Source of the DNA: Nitrospina sp.
GTDB lineage: Bacteria; Nitrospinota; Nitrospinia; Nitrospinales; VA-1
Reading direction: 5' to 3'
Assembly: GCA_018673915.1 (NCBI GenBank)
Contig: JABHBK010000001.1
Span: forward strand, 68,069 to 132,068
DNA length: 64,000 nt
The notes under the pieces are model-generated. The model saw only the letters and a program-made list of their open reading frames with translations. It made no database searches and had not been told where the DNA came from. A program made the position numbers and the translations under genes. Numbering within the stretch: the stretch's first letter is position 1; each line of letters opens with the position of its first letter. This document shows positions 9,375-18,332 of the stretch, piece by piece.

Positions 9375-10277
9375 ATGCAAAATTATCCACGTCTTTTTAT
9401 AAAAGCAGGTCTTATCTATGCATTGATTGGGGCTCTGCTTGGCATTGTCATTTCGATCAATCCATCGCTTTCGCATCCGCTTCGGTTTATTCATATTCAT
9501 CTGAACCTGCTTGGGTTCATGACCATGATGGTGGCGGGTGTCGCCTACCACGTGCTGCCCCGGTTCAGCGCAAGAACCCTACCTTGGCCAGGAGGAATGA
9601 AGGTCCAGTTTATTTTGCAGAATACAGGGCTCATCGGAATGGTTGCCGTGCAGGGATTCGGCAGTTGGCGAGGCGGAGAGCATCAGCCCATTTTTGTTTT
9701 CTTTGCTTTACTCGCCGGAGTGGCATTTGGAATCATGTTTTACAATCTCTATTTTGTCCTCTCCCCGAGCGCAGAAGAAGAGGCGCCCCCTACAAAAATT
9801 ACTGGCGATATGAAAGTGGGGATCGTACTCGACCAATTCCCCTCCTCCTTGACTATTTTTATTGAGAATGGATTCCAGGCTCTGGCTAATCCCACAGCAC
9901 GGCAAACCTTTGCCAAAATGGTGTCCATAGATAAAGCCTGCGAAAAACATGGTGTGTCTTCTGCAGAGTTTCTGGAAAAACTTAATCAGGAAATTTTTAG
10001 CAAAGAAACATCTTCGGCATCCGGAGAAACTGACTCAGCAGGGCAGGAAATTCAGCGTGGGGAAATGTGTGAGGGAGATACCCGGGTGGGGAGTTTGATT
10101 AAAACTTATCTCACGACCAAGTCTGTTTTCGAAAAGCATTATGGCGAAGGCTGTTTCTCTTGTCCCGGTCAGGTCTATGAGACCGTGGCACAAACCGCCA
10201 GCATGCATAATGTCGATCTGGAACTAATTTTGGCGGAAATCAATATCGAAATAGAGAAAGAATTGAAAGCTTCATGA
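9375..10277 (+). CDS. 4-TM protein with haem-copper-oxidase helix-X-like His motif fused to two DUF1858 domains
   Basis: TM2 reads HIHLNLLGFMTMMVAGVAYHVLP. The C-terminal half has DMKVGIVLDQFP...MVSIDKACEKHGV and DTRVGSLIKTY...CFSCPGQVYETVAQTASMHNVDL, which are ScdA_N/DUF1858-like. Confidence 0.6.
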   Translation: MQNYPRLFIKAGLIYALIGALLGIVISINPSLSHPLRFIHIHLNLLGFMTMMVAGVAYHVLPRFSARTLPWPGGMKVQFILQNTGLIGMVAVQGFGSWRGGEHQPIFVFFALLAGVAFGIMFYNLYFVLSPSAEEEAPPTKITGDMKVGIVLDQFPSSLTIFIENGFQALANPTARQTFAKMVSIDKACEKHGVSSAEFLEKLNQEIFSKETSSASGETDSAGQEIQRGEMCEGDTRVGSLIKTYLTTKSVFEKHYGEGCFSCPGQVYETVAQTASMHNVDLELILAEINIEIEKELKAS

Positions 10278-10281
10278 CATT

Positions 10282-10596
10282 GTGAATTCAAAAAACGAAT
10301 TCAAAGAATATGTTCTGGATCAGCTTTGTCGGTTGAATGGTGTGGAATGCAAACATATGTTTGGCGGATTCGGCCTGTATTGCAACGGGGTGTTTTTCGC
10401 CATCATCGCTGATGGCTGTGTTTATTTTAAAACGAATGCCACCACCGTTGACGCTTTTAAGGCAAGAGGCATGCAACCTTTCAAACCCTCCGCTAAACAG
10501 ACCTTGAAAAACTATTACGAAGTCCCCGCCGAAATCCTCGAAGATGAAGATCAACTTGCCGAATGGGCAAAAAGAGCTTCGGCAAGTGACAAGTAG
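10282..10596 (+). CDS. TfoX N-terminal domain protein
   Basis: KHMFGGFGLYCNGVFFAIIADGCVYFK fits the TfoX_N pattern MFGG.GLY..G..FA.I.D..LYFK. Confidence 0.7.
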   Translation: MNSKNEFKEYVLDQLCRLNGVECKHMFGGFGLYCNGVFFAIIADGCVYFKTNATTVDAFKARGMQPFKPSAKQTLKNYYEVPAEILEDEDQLAEWAKRASASDK

Positions 10597-10682
10597 ATTT
10601 ATTAAAAAATGAGCTATTGTCTTTGAGCTACCAGATAAAAAGACTAAAATTTAATTTTGAAAAAGTAAGTTTGTAGTATCGA

Positions 10683-11117
10683 ATGAGCTATAAATATTTA
10701 CTAAAAGGAGAGGAGATGGACGACCCAAAAAAAGAATTTGAGCGCCTGAGACTTCTGTTTGACTATACAAAGTTCCATATAGGGATGTACACAACGATTA
10801 TTGGTATTTCTATAGGTGTGATTAAGATTGGCCCTGGTAATATAGAGATTAATATTTCTATTTTTGTCGCTGCGATTATATTATTTCTAATTGCTGGTTT
10901 AGCGGGGGGAGTGATAGCGAGTAGCACTCCAGAGTACACAAGTTACACTGAATTTTTGAAGGCAGAAATATTTCCCGGTAAAAGGGGATGGCTTAAGTTT
11001 ACGGCGAAAAGCTGGATTCGTAAAGAGCATAGGTGTTTCTGGATTGCTGTGGCTCTGCTATTACTATCTTTTTGGAATCCATTATTCTTGAGATCGCTGG
11101 ATATTATTTGTAAATAA
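10683..11117 (+). CDS. hypothetical membrane protein
   Basis: 144-aa ORF with 3-4 hydrophobic helices. I do not recognise the family. Confidence 0.45.
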   Translation: MSYKYLLKGEEMDDPKKEFERLRLLFDYTKFHIGMYTTIIGISIGVIKIGPGNIEINISIFVAAIILFLIAGLAGGVIASSTPEYTSYTEFLKAEIFPGKRGWLKFTAKSWIRKEHRCFWIAVALLLLSFWNPLFLRSLDIICK

Positions 11118-11121
11118 AAAT

Positions 11122-11544
11122 TCAGGCAATTAAGGCTTGTGCTCCTGCTTCGGCTACTGCGTGATCGTTTTCAACGGAAGAGCCAGACACGCCAATAGCG
11201 CCCACAATATTTCCTTCTTTATCTTTCAGCGGAACGCCGCCGGGGAAGGTGATTAATCCACCGTTGGAATGTTCGATGTTAAAGAGTGGTCCGCCGGGTT
11301 GGCTGAGTTTGCCAATCTCTCCAGTGTTCATATCAAAGAAGCGTGCGGTTTTTGCTTTTTTGATTGAGATGTCAATGCTCCCCAACCAGGCACCTTCCAT
11401 CCGGAAAAAAGTTTTTAGGTTTGAGCCCGCATCTACCACGGCAATATCCATTTTGCAATCTATCTCTCTTGATTTCTCCATCGCTGCTCTTAAAACTTTT
11501 CTTGCTGCTTCGTCAGAAATATCTTTGGTTGTAACCTGTTCCAT
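11122..11544 (-). CDS. GlcG/HbpS-like (DUF336) haem-binding protein
   Basis: [39 protein letters not shown] and [19 protein letters not shown] are typical of the family. Confidence 0.8.
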   Translation of the reverse strand: MEQVTTKDISDEAARKVLRAAMEKSREIDCKMDIAVVDAGSNLKTFFRMEGAWLGSIDISIKKAKTARFFDMNTGEIGKLSQPGGPLFNIEHSNGGLITFPGGVPLKDKEGNIVGAIGVSGSSVENDHAVAEAGAQALIA

Positions 11545-11670
11545 TTTTTCTCATTCTCCGTCTAGAAATTATATTTAAATGCATATTTCATATGTGTATT
11601 TAATAGAAGGGGTATAGCAGACTACAGTCGACGGGGCAACAATATTGGTTGTCTGATAGGTGTCGGCCTG

Positions 11671-12459
11671 TTAGATGGGGGGCTTATCCTGTTTCGCTTC
11701 TTGCCAGTATTTTTCCAGTTCCTCGAGGGGGGTGTCTTTTAGCTCCTGGCCACGTTTGGCGACTTGTTCTTCGATATATTGGAAGCGCTTGATAAATTTG
11801 TTATTGGTCATGCGCAGGGCTTCTTCGGCATCGATCTTTTTGAATTTAGCGATGTTGACCAGCACGAATAGGATGTCTCCCAGTTCGCCTTCGATATCAG
11901 CTTCTTTTCCTGAAAGTACTGCTTCTTTGAACTCGGCGACTTCTTCATCGAGTTTGTCGAACACTGCGGTGATTTCATCCCAATCGAACCCTTGCTTGGC
12001 GGCTTTCTTTTGCAGTTTTTGTGCGCGCAGGAGTCCGGGCAGATGTTTTGGAACCCCATCCAGTACCGATTTTCTGTGAGCATTATTTTTTTCCTGCTTT
12101 TTAATTTCTTCCCATTGCGTGACGACTTCGTCCGGGGTTTCCAGATTGCCTTCCTGGAAAACATGCGGGTGGCGGCGGGTCATTTTTTCGCTGATGGATT
12201 GCACTACATCTTTAATATTGAACTCCCCTCTGTTTTCTGAAATTTTTGCGTGGAACAAAATTTGATAGAGCAAATCTCCCAGTTCGTCCTTTATTTCTTC
12301 CGGATTATTTCCATCCAGAGCTTCCAGTGCTTCGTAGACTTCCTCGACCAGGTAAGGTTTCAGAGATTCGCGCGTCTGGACTTTATCCCACGGACAACCG
12401 TTTTCGCTCATCAGTGTGTCGACAATTTCGGTTAGTTTTTTAAATGCTGAATCACTCAT
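11671..12459 (-). CDS. mazG: nucleoside triphosphate pyrophosphohydrolase MazG
   Basis: Tandem MazG domains: CPWDKVQTRESLKPYLVEEVYEALEA...ELGDLLYQI and EELGDILFVLVNIA. Confidence 0.9.
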   Translation of the reverse strand: MSDSAFKKLTEIVDTLMSENGCPWDKVQTRESLKPYLVEEVYEALEALDGNNPEEIKDELGDLLYQILFHAKISENRGEFNIKDVVQSISEKMTRRHPHVFQEGNLETPDEVVTQWEEIKKQEKNNAHRKSVLDGVPKHLPGLLRAQKLQKKAAKQGFDWDEITAVFDKLDEEVAEFKEAVLSGKEADIEGELGDILFVLVNIAKFKKIDAEEALRMTNNKFIKRFQYIEEQVAKRGQELKDTPLEELEKYWQEAKQDKPPI

Positions 12460-12465
12460 GAATTA

Positions 12466-13602
12466 TTAAGCCAGAAATTTTAAGATGACCGAGTCGGCGA
12501 TGAAAAGTCCTTTTCTCGACAGGGCCATTCGGTTTTGATTGAAAGTGATGAGACCTTCGTTGAGCAATGGGTCGACCACTTTTCCGTAAACATTTTTAAA
12601 AGAGATCTGGAACCGATTTTCGAAGTCTTCAATTGAGATGCCCTTGAGACGCCGCAGACCCAGCATAATGGTTTCGCCCATAGCGTGTAAAAGGTCAAGC
12701 TTTTCGGTGGATTCCACTGCTGACCCTTTTGCCTGCACTTCACGGATGTAGCGGGAGGGCAGATTGGTATTTTTGAAACGCTCACCCTTTAAATAGGAGG
12801 AGGCACCGGCCCCGAGGCCGAGGTATTCGCCGTTATCCCAATAGTTGAGATTGTGTCTGCATTCGAATCCGTGCCTGGAAAAATTTGAGATTTCATACTG
12901 CTCATACCCTGCGGATTGTAATGTTTCAATAGTTGTCTGAAACATTTCCAGGTGGGTTTCTTCGGGAGGCAGGGTGAGGAGTCCTCGTTCCTGCAATTTA
13001 AAGAATGAGGTCGTAGGCTCTATGGTCAATCCGTAGGCAGAAATATGTTCGGGCTTCTTGTCGAGTGCTTGTTGTAAATGAGATTGCCATATTGCCGGGG
13101 ACTGACCGGGAAGGCCCGACATTAAATCGAGAGAGAGGTTATCGAATCCGGCTAAACGTGCTCGATCTACTGTGGTGTGGATCTCTTCCTCATTGTGTAC
13201 GCGTTCTAAAAGCTTCAGCTCATCAAGGTCGAAGGATTGCACGCCTATGCTGATGCGGTTGAACCCTGAGGAACGGATTTGTTCCAGCGTCTCCTGCTTT
13301 ATGGTTGCCGGGTTGGCTTCGATGGTGATTTCGCAATCGGCGCTGAGATTGAAATGTTGCTTCACTTTGCCGAGAATTTTATCCAGGCTGGCGGGAGGCA
13401 GAAGGGTGGGGGTGCCGCCGCCAAAAAACACAGTGGGGACGGTTTGAGGGGCTAGTTTCTGCGCGTAATGTTCGATCTCCAACAACAGAGCGGGAACATA
13501 AACCTCTGATTCCTCCTGATTTTCTGGATGGGAATTGAAATCACAGTATCCGCATTTGTGCAGGCAGTATGGAATGTGAATATATATTCCCAATGGGTTC
13601 AT
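12466..13602 (-). CDS. hemW: radical-SAM haem chaperone HemW (coproporphyrinogen III oxidase-like)
   Basis: IHIPYCLHKCGYCDFNS (CxxxCxxC), GGGTPT and a HemN_C-like tail. Confidence 0.88.
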   Translation of the reverse strand: MNPLGIYIHIPYCLHKCGYCDFNSHPENQEESEVYVPALLLEIEHYAQKLAPQTVPTVFFGGGTPTLLPPASLDKILGKVKQHFNLSADCEITIEANPATIKQETLEQIRSSGFNRISIGVQSFDLDELKLLERVHNEEEIHTTVDRARLAGFDNLSLDLMSGLPGQSPAIWQSHLQQALDKKPEHISAYGLTIEPTTSFFKLQERGLLTLPPEETHLEMFQTTIETLQSAGYEQYEISNFSRHGFECRHNLNYWDNGEYLGLGAGASSYLKGERFKNTNLPSRYIREVQAKGSAVESTEKLDLLHAMGETIMLGLRRLKGISIEDFENRFQISFKNVYGKVVDPLLNEGLITFNQNRMALSRKGLFIADSVILKFLA

Positions 13603-13710
13603 GATATGATTAAAAATTAACAGGTTTTGAAACCATCTCCAGTAAAATTTATCTTACACTGTAGGTTGTTTCATTTTGATGTTTAATCTCGTCTTATATT
13701 ACAGATAATT

Positions 13711-14613
13711 ATGACAGATACTTTCAAGTCTGGCTATGCCAGTATAGTTGGCAGACCCAATGTGGGCAAGTCCACACTGTTGAACCGTTTGTTGATGCAA
13801 AAGGTTGCGGTGACGTCCAGACGCCCTCAGACCACCCGCAATAAAATCACAGGCGTTTTGCACCTCCCCAATGCGCAGATCATCTTGGTGGACACACCAG
13901 GAATTCATCAGTCAGAAAGGACTTTGAACGAAATGATGGTGCGAGCAAGTGTGAGCACTTTTTCGGATGTGGACCTGATTCTTGTGATGCTGTCTGCCGA
14001 TGCGGGGTTTTGCGATGACGATGAGTTTGTTTTAAATTCCATGAAGCAGGTTAAAACAAAAAAGGTTCTGGTAATCAATAAGATAGACTTGGTTGAAAAG
14101 CCCATCCTTCTCTCGTTGATGAATGAGATGAACCAGAAATCTCTCTTTGAGGAAATTATTCCCATATCGGCCCTTAAAGAGGATGGGCTGGACCAATTAA
14201 AAAGCCTGATTTTAAGTTACCTGCCCGAAGGACCGGAGTATTTCCCCAAGGATATGGTGACGGATTGTCCGGAAACCTTTCTTTTTGGTGAAATCATTCG
14301 TGAAAAAATATTGAATCTCACTCGGTTTGAGGTGCCGCATTCAGTAGCGGTAGTCGTGGAAGACATGCATGAGCAGGAAAATGGAGTGGTGCAGATCGAT
14401 GCTACGATTTTTGCGGAGAAGGACTCACAGAAAAAAATATTGATCGGTGAGGGAGGAAACATGCTAAAAAACATTGGACGCCAGGCTCGTCAAGAGTTAG
14501 AAAAGCGCCTGGGTGCTAAGATATTTTTGAAACTATTTGTTAAAGTAAAAGCCAACTGGAGAGACCAGAGTCGCGCTATAAAGGAGTTCGGTTATACCCA
14601 TGATTCATTTTAA
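13711..14613 (+). CDS. era: GTPase Era
   Basis: G1 GRPNVGKST, DTPG and NKID motifs. The C-terminal KH domain reads VVVEDM...IIGEGGNMLKNIG. Confidence 0.95.
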   Translation: MTDTFKSGYASIVGRPNVGKSTLLNRLLMQKVAVTSRRPQTTRNKITGVLHLPNAQIILVDTPGIHQSERTLNEMMVRASVSTFSDVDLILVMLSADAGFCDDDEFVLNSMKQVKTKKVLVINKIDLVEKPILLSLMNEMNQKSLFEEIIPISALKEDGLDQLKSLILSYLPEGPEYFPKDMVTDCPETFLFGEIIREKILNLTRFEVPHSVAVVVEDMHEQENGVVQIDATIFAEKDSQKKILIGEGGNMLKNIGRQARQELEKRLGAKIFLKLFVKVKANWRDQSRAIKEFGYTHDSF

Positions 14614-15364
14614 AACCGATGAAGAAATAGAAGTCATGAAGGAAAGCTGCAAGCTTGCGGCAGAAGTCCTGATAATGATTGAGCCTTATGTAAAACCCGG
14701 AGTGACCACCGAAAGACTGGATCAGATTTGCCACGATTATATTGTGTCCCAGGGGGCGATTCCTTCACCCTTGAACTATCGTGGCTTTCCCAAGAGTATT
14801 TGTTCCTCCGTCAATGAAGAGATTTGTCATGGCATTCCTTCAAGCCGTAAGCTGCGTAACGGGGATATTGTCAACCTGGATATCACCACTTTCCTAAAAG
14901 GATTTCATGGGGATACCAGTCGCACGTTTTTTGTGGGAGCACCCCGTAAAAAAACTGAAAAACTTGTTGAGGTATGCAGGGAAGCCTTGCAAAAAGGAAT
15001 TGAATGCGTCAAGCCCGGTGGCCGCTTGGGAGATATTGGTGCAACGATCCAGCAACTTGCCGAGGGCCATGGATACTCAGTAGTACGCGAATTCTGCGGG
15101 CATGGGATTGGAAATAATTTTCACGAAGAACCCCAGATTCTACACTACGGAAATTTTGGAGATGGCCTGGAAATAAAAAAAGGCATGGTGTTTACCATTG
15201 AGCCTATGATCAATATGGGGAAACCAGACTTGAAAATTCTTTCCGATAAATGGACTGCTGTGACTGAAGACAGTAGCCTCTCTGCCCAGTTTGAACACAC
15301 CCTCTGCGTCACGGAATCGGGCGTAGAAGTCATGACCCGCCTTGATGGCCGCACTCAGTTTTAG
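14600..15364 (+). CDS. map: type I methionine aminopeptidase
   Basis: Pita-bread motifs GDIVNLD, HGDTSRTF, FCGHGIG, FTIEP and FEHT. Overlaps era by 14 nt. Confidence 0.95.
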   Translation: MIHFKTDEEIEVMKESCKLAAEVLIMIEPYVKPGVTTERLDQICHDYIVSQGAIPSPLNYRGFPKSICSSVNEEICHGIPSSRKLRNGDIVNLDITTFLKGFHGDTSRTFFVGAPRKKTEKLVEVCREALQKGIECVKPGGRLGDIGATIQQLAEGHGYSVVREFCGHGIGNNFHEEPQILHYGNFGDGLEIKKGMVFTIEPMINMGKPDLKILSDKWTAVTEDSSLSAQFEHTLCVTESGVEVMTRLDGRTQF

Positions 15365-15542
15365 CTTGTTTTTCTTCTGTTAGATTCGAAGCTTTTAGGA
15401 GAAACATGACTCAAACCCAGCGTGGTCATCTCCTCTTCATAATTTTGTGTGCCACAGTATAAAAACTTTATTCCGCGAATTTTAGTTTGGGTGGTCCAGA
15501 GTGAGGAGCCTTAAATTTATTTTTTCGCTGACCCATCCCAAC

Positions 15543-15557
15543 TGATAAGGCTTATCA
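15543..15557. promoter_or_regulatory. Fur-box-like 15-bp palindrome about 235 bp upstream of bfr
   Basis: TGATAAGGCTTATCA has the same TGAYAA-N3-TTATCA architecture as the four boxes at 16971-18393. Confidence 0.45.
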
Positions 15558-15791
15558 ATTCTGAAATTTATTCAAGGATACAACCCCTGGCTCACCTTGG
15601 TTTATTGGCGGATAGTGTGAAATGATATAGAGCGCAAATTTTTTAAAGCAATTTGTTGATACAAATTCTCATTATTAGGATCAATTGTAACCTGTTATAA
15701 ATAAAGGGGTTGACTTTGTTTTTAGGTTTGGTATTTTTGGTGGCAGAAGATCGTTTCGTAAACAAATTATTAAAAGTTCAGGAGGGATTAG

Positions 15792-16271
15792 ATGAAGGGT
15801 GACAAGGCGGTGCTCAGTGCTTTGAACGATGTATTGATGGCGGAATTAACGGCGATCAATATTTATTATATTCATTATAAAATGCAGGTAGATTGGGGAT
15901 ATGACAAGGTGGCGGCCCACTCGCGAGAAGAGTCTATGGGTGAAATGAAACATGCCGACCTAATGATTGATCGCATCCTGTTTCTGGATGGGGTTCCGAA
16001 TATGCAAAAATACGATACCGTTCTTGTGGGGAATAATGTCGAAGCTCAATTGAAGAATCAATATAAAATTGAAATCGCTCATGTGACCCGTCTTCGAAAA
16101 CATATTAAAACCTGCCTGGACAAAAATGATTTTGGTACAAAGGAAATTCTGGATGGCATTCTCGAAGATACGGAAGAGAGTGTGGATTGGATAGAAACGC
16201 AGTTCAATCGCATCAAAGACATAGGGATACAAAATTACTTGACGGAGAGCATGAACAAGGAAGGTAATTAA
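15792..16271 (+). CDS. bfr: bacterioferritin
   Basis: MKGDKAVLSALNDVLMAELTAINIYYIH...EESMGEMKHAD. The ferroxidase E/H ligands and the haem Met are in the usual places. Confidence 0.93.
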   Translation: MKGDKAVLSALNDVLMAELTAINIYYIHYKMQVDWGYDKVAAHSREESMGEMKHADLMIDRILFLDGVPNMQKYDTVLVGNNVEAQLKNQYKIEIAHVTRLRKHIKTCLDKNDFGTKEILDGILEDTEESVDWIETQFNRIKDIGIQNYLTESMNKEGN

Positions 16272-16298
16272 AAGAAAAATCAGTCGTTAATGGCAAGT

Positions 16299-16342
16299 AA
16301 GCCCCATTCCTATCAGAGTATTGATGGGATGGGGCTTTTTTT
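16299..16342. terminator. bidirectional stem-loop terminator between convergent bfr and fur
   Basis: AAGCCCCATTCC pairs with GGGATGGGGCTT (12 bp, one G-U) across a 15-nt loop, followed by TTTTTTT. Confidence 0.6.
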
Positions 16343-16366
16343 GTGACAAGTGAAGGATGAGGGCGC

Positions 16367-16795
16367 TTACTTGAGGCAATTTCGACAAATGCCAAATAAT
16401 TCCATTTTATGATTTTTTAAAGTAAATCCATATTGTTCGCAAATTTGGAGTTGGTATTTTTCAATGAGAGGGTGTTCAAATTCTATTGTTTCCCCACAAC
16501 ATGTGCAGATTAAATGGTCATGATGGCGAACATGAAACATGCGCTCGTATGTTTTCTTCCCATTCTGAAAGGAATGTGCTTCGACCAATCCACAATCCGT
16601 CAATAACTTTAAGGTGCGATACAGAGTTGCGATTCCCAGATCGGGCTGATGTAACCGAATTTTATTTTTGAGCGACTCTATTTCAACATGTCCCTCGAAG
16701 GATAAAAAAACTTCGAGTATCATTTTTCTTTGCGGTGTCCAACGAAGATTTTGTTGACGAAGGAAGTCTTTAAAGAGGTCAAACTCGTTCAGCAT
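16367..16795 (-). CDS. fur: Fur-family metalloregulator
   Basis: Winged-helix N-terminal region. HHDHLICTCCGETIEF...C..C metal-site motifs. Confidence 0.9.
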   Translation of the reverse strand: MLNEFDLFKDFLRQQNLRWTPQRKMILEVFLSFEGHVEIESLKNKIRLHQPDLGIATLYRTLKLLTDCGLVEAHSFQNGKKTYERMFHVRHHDHLICTCCGETIEFEHPLIEKYQLQICEQYGFTLKNHKMELFGICRNCLK

Positions 16796-16942
16796 ATTTT
16801 TAGTTGAGAAAGATTATCAAAGTCATAATATTGTGAAAAAAGTATAATAAAACCTGAAAAAATACAAGCTTTATGAGATAAAAGGTTTTAACTCGTTATA
16901 AATAGGGGGTTTAAAGAAATAAAAAATAATTGCGCATAGGGG

Positions 16943-16985
16943 TTGACAGGAGAGGTTTTTTTATCTATATTGATAACCGTTATCA
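16943..16985 (+). promoter_or_regulatory. sigma-70 promoter with overlapping Fur box 1
   Basis: TTGACA (16943-16948), a 17-bp spacer, then TATATT (16966-16971). The palindrome TGATAACCGTTATCA (16971-16985) overlaps the -10 and the start site. Confidence 0.7.
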
Positions 16986-17005
16986 ATTTAAAAGGCGGTG
17001 ACTCA

Positions 17006-17269
17006 ATGCAAGAACAAAATGTGAGAATTTGTAAGGGGCCGGGTTGCAAGGCATGGTCATCGGACCAAATTGCCAGAGAGTTGCTGGAGATTGGGGAAGC
17101 TTTAGATCTCGAGCAGTTAAAAGTTTGTCGCGTCCCTTGCATGAAAGTATGTGGTGGTGGGGCATCTTTTCGCGTCAATGCAAAATCTGCAATTATTAAA
17201 CTGAAAGAAGTGGACGATGTTTTGAATGTTTTAGGCATCCGTGAGGGAGCTGTAACTTGCCAGGCTTAG
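17006..17269 (+). CDS. thioredoxin-like [2Fe-2S] ferredoxin-family protein
   Basis: An internal ATG lies after AAGGCGG. The Cys pattern C-x4-C...C-x3-C (ICKGPGC ... VCRVPCMKVCGGG) is typical of TRX-like ferredoxins. Confidence 0.6.
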   Translation: MQEQNVRICKGPGCKAWSSDQIARELLEIGEALDLEQLKVCRVPCMKVCGGGASFRVNAKSAIIKLKEVDDVLNVLGIREGAVTCQA

Positions 17270-17295
17270 GCTAAAAAAATTTGCTTTTTTTATTT

Positions 17296-17325
17296 ATGAC
17301 AATGATTATCAAAATTAAATATAGT
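17296..17325 (+). promoter_or_regulatory. promoter with Fur box 2 in front of the DUF2325 gene
   Basis: ATGACA-18 bp-TATAGT. The palindrome TGACAATGATTATCA (17297-17311) covers the -35 and spacer. Confidence 0.6.
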
Positions 17326-17363
17326 TAACGTTTCTGCTTGGTTTTGAGAAAGGAGCCGGGTTT

Positions 17364-17660
17364 ATGAGTGTTGCAATAGTGGGCGGTTTGGATCGACTAA
17401 AAAGACTTTATGAGAAGAAGTGTGTGGATATGGGATATCAGGGCAAAGTATTTAGTAAGCGTGTCCCTAACCTTGCTAACAGGATGACCGGAGTCAATGG
17501 AATTGTCATTTTTACCGGTACGGTGGCACACCCCATGGTTGAAGAGGCCACCCGTGTGGCACGGATGTGGAATATTCCTCTTGAGCGCAGTCATTCCAGT
17601 AGTGTTTCAGCTTTAAAACGTTGCCTGGAGGGTTTTTCTGATGGTGAGAGGGCGGTATGA
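17364..17660 (+). CDS. DUF2325 domain protein
   Basis: VAIVGGLDRLKRLYEKK...VNGIVIFTGTVAHPMVEEATRVARMWNIPLERSHSSSVSAL fits my recollection of DUF2325. Confidence 0.55.
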   Translation: MSVAIVGGLDRLKRLYEKKCVDMGYQGKVFSKRVPNLANRMTGVNGIVIFTGTVAHPMVEEATRVARMWNIPLERSHSSSVSALKRCLEGFSDGERAV

Positions 17661-18058
17661 ATATTTTTCCAAGAAAAATTCTAATGGCTCATGGGGATAA
17701 GGAAGAAAGGGGAAAGCTGGCTATTATGTTAGCCCGCTTTGGTCATTGCATTTCATTTGCAGATGCCATTAGCAGGTCAAAGTTTTCCGTTGATGAATAT
17801 GATTTGATCATTGTGGATGAACATTTGGCCCAAAGCGCATGGTTTGCTTTTCTGCAACATCTTTCAAGCGAAAACCAGGCTAAAACCATTTTTTTGTCGA
17901 GCGAAGGCAAAAAAGAGAGAAGATTATTTCGCGATTCCATGGGTATCTATGAATGCCTGCAAAAGCCTGTGATACCGATTGACCTTGCAGTTGTGGTTTG
18001 TGATTTTTTTATATCATGTTTTCCAAATACAAAAATTGCTACTCCAATGAGTTTATAG
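17657..18058 (+). CDS. atypical (pseudo-)receiver domain protein
   Basis: REC-like layout KILMAHGD / DLIIVDEHL / TIFLSS / CLQKP. The usual N-terminal DD pair is HGD. The ATGA overlap with the DUF2325 gene suggests translational coupling. Confidence 0.45.
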   Translation: MNIFPRKILMAHGDKEERGKLAIMLARFGHCISFADAISRSKFSVDEYDLIIVDEHLAQSAWFAFLQHLSSENQAKTIFLSSEGKKERRLFRDSMGIYECLQKPVIPIDLAVVVCDFFISCFPNTKIATPMSL

Positions 18059-18190
18059 ATTGTTATGTTCCCGGAAGTTTTCTTTCAGGAACTTGGGCGG
18101 GTAAGAGGGAGTTGCGCCCCTTTTTGCCCGCTCACTCAGTTGTTTCAACTTACAGGTAAGTTACCAGATGTAAGGAAGCTATTTTATTTA

Positions 18191-18205
18191 TGATAATTGT
18201 TATCA
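18191..18205. promoter_or_regulatory. Fur box 3
   Basis: TGATAATTGTTATCA, preceded by a possible TTACCA-17/18-TATTTA promoter (18161-18190). Confidence 0.55.
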
Positions 18206-18332
18206 AAAAAGATTGCAACTTGTATGAATCCTGACCGTTATATAACTGTCTGAAATATTTGAAGTTATTTGTGGGTAGGTGGGGCTTGACTTAAAGAATG
18301 GCTCGAAACTCTTTGAAATCTATAATTTTAAA

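Noticed and set aside
15400-15456. 18-codon ORF MTQTQRGHLLFIILCATV after AGGAGAAAC downstream of map
   Set aside because: It is too short and featureless to support as a gene from sequence alone.
15661-15690. AATTCTCATTATTAGGATCAATTG as a bfr-proximal Fur box
   Set aside because: The match to the local palindrome or to the 19-bp consensus is poor, and only the CATTAT core is present.
16812-16830. Possible Fur autoregulatory site GATTATCAAAGTCATAATA upstream of fur
   Set aside because: Only one good GATAAT-type hexamer is present, and it does not match the TGAYAAY-N3-TTATCA palindrome seen five times nearby. It is too weak to call.
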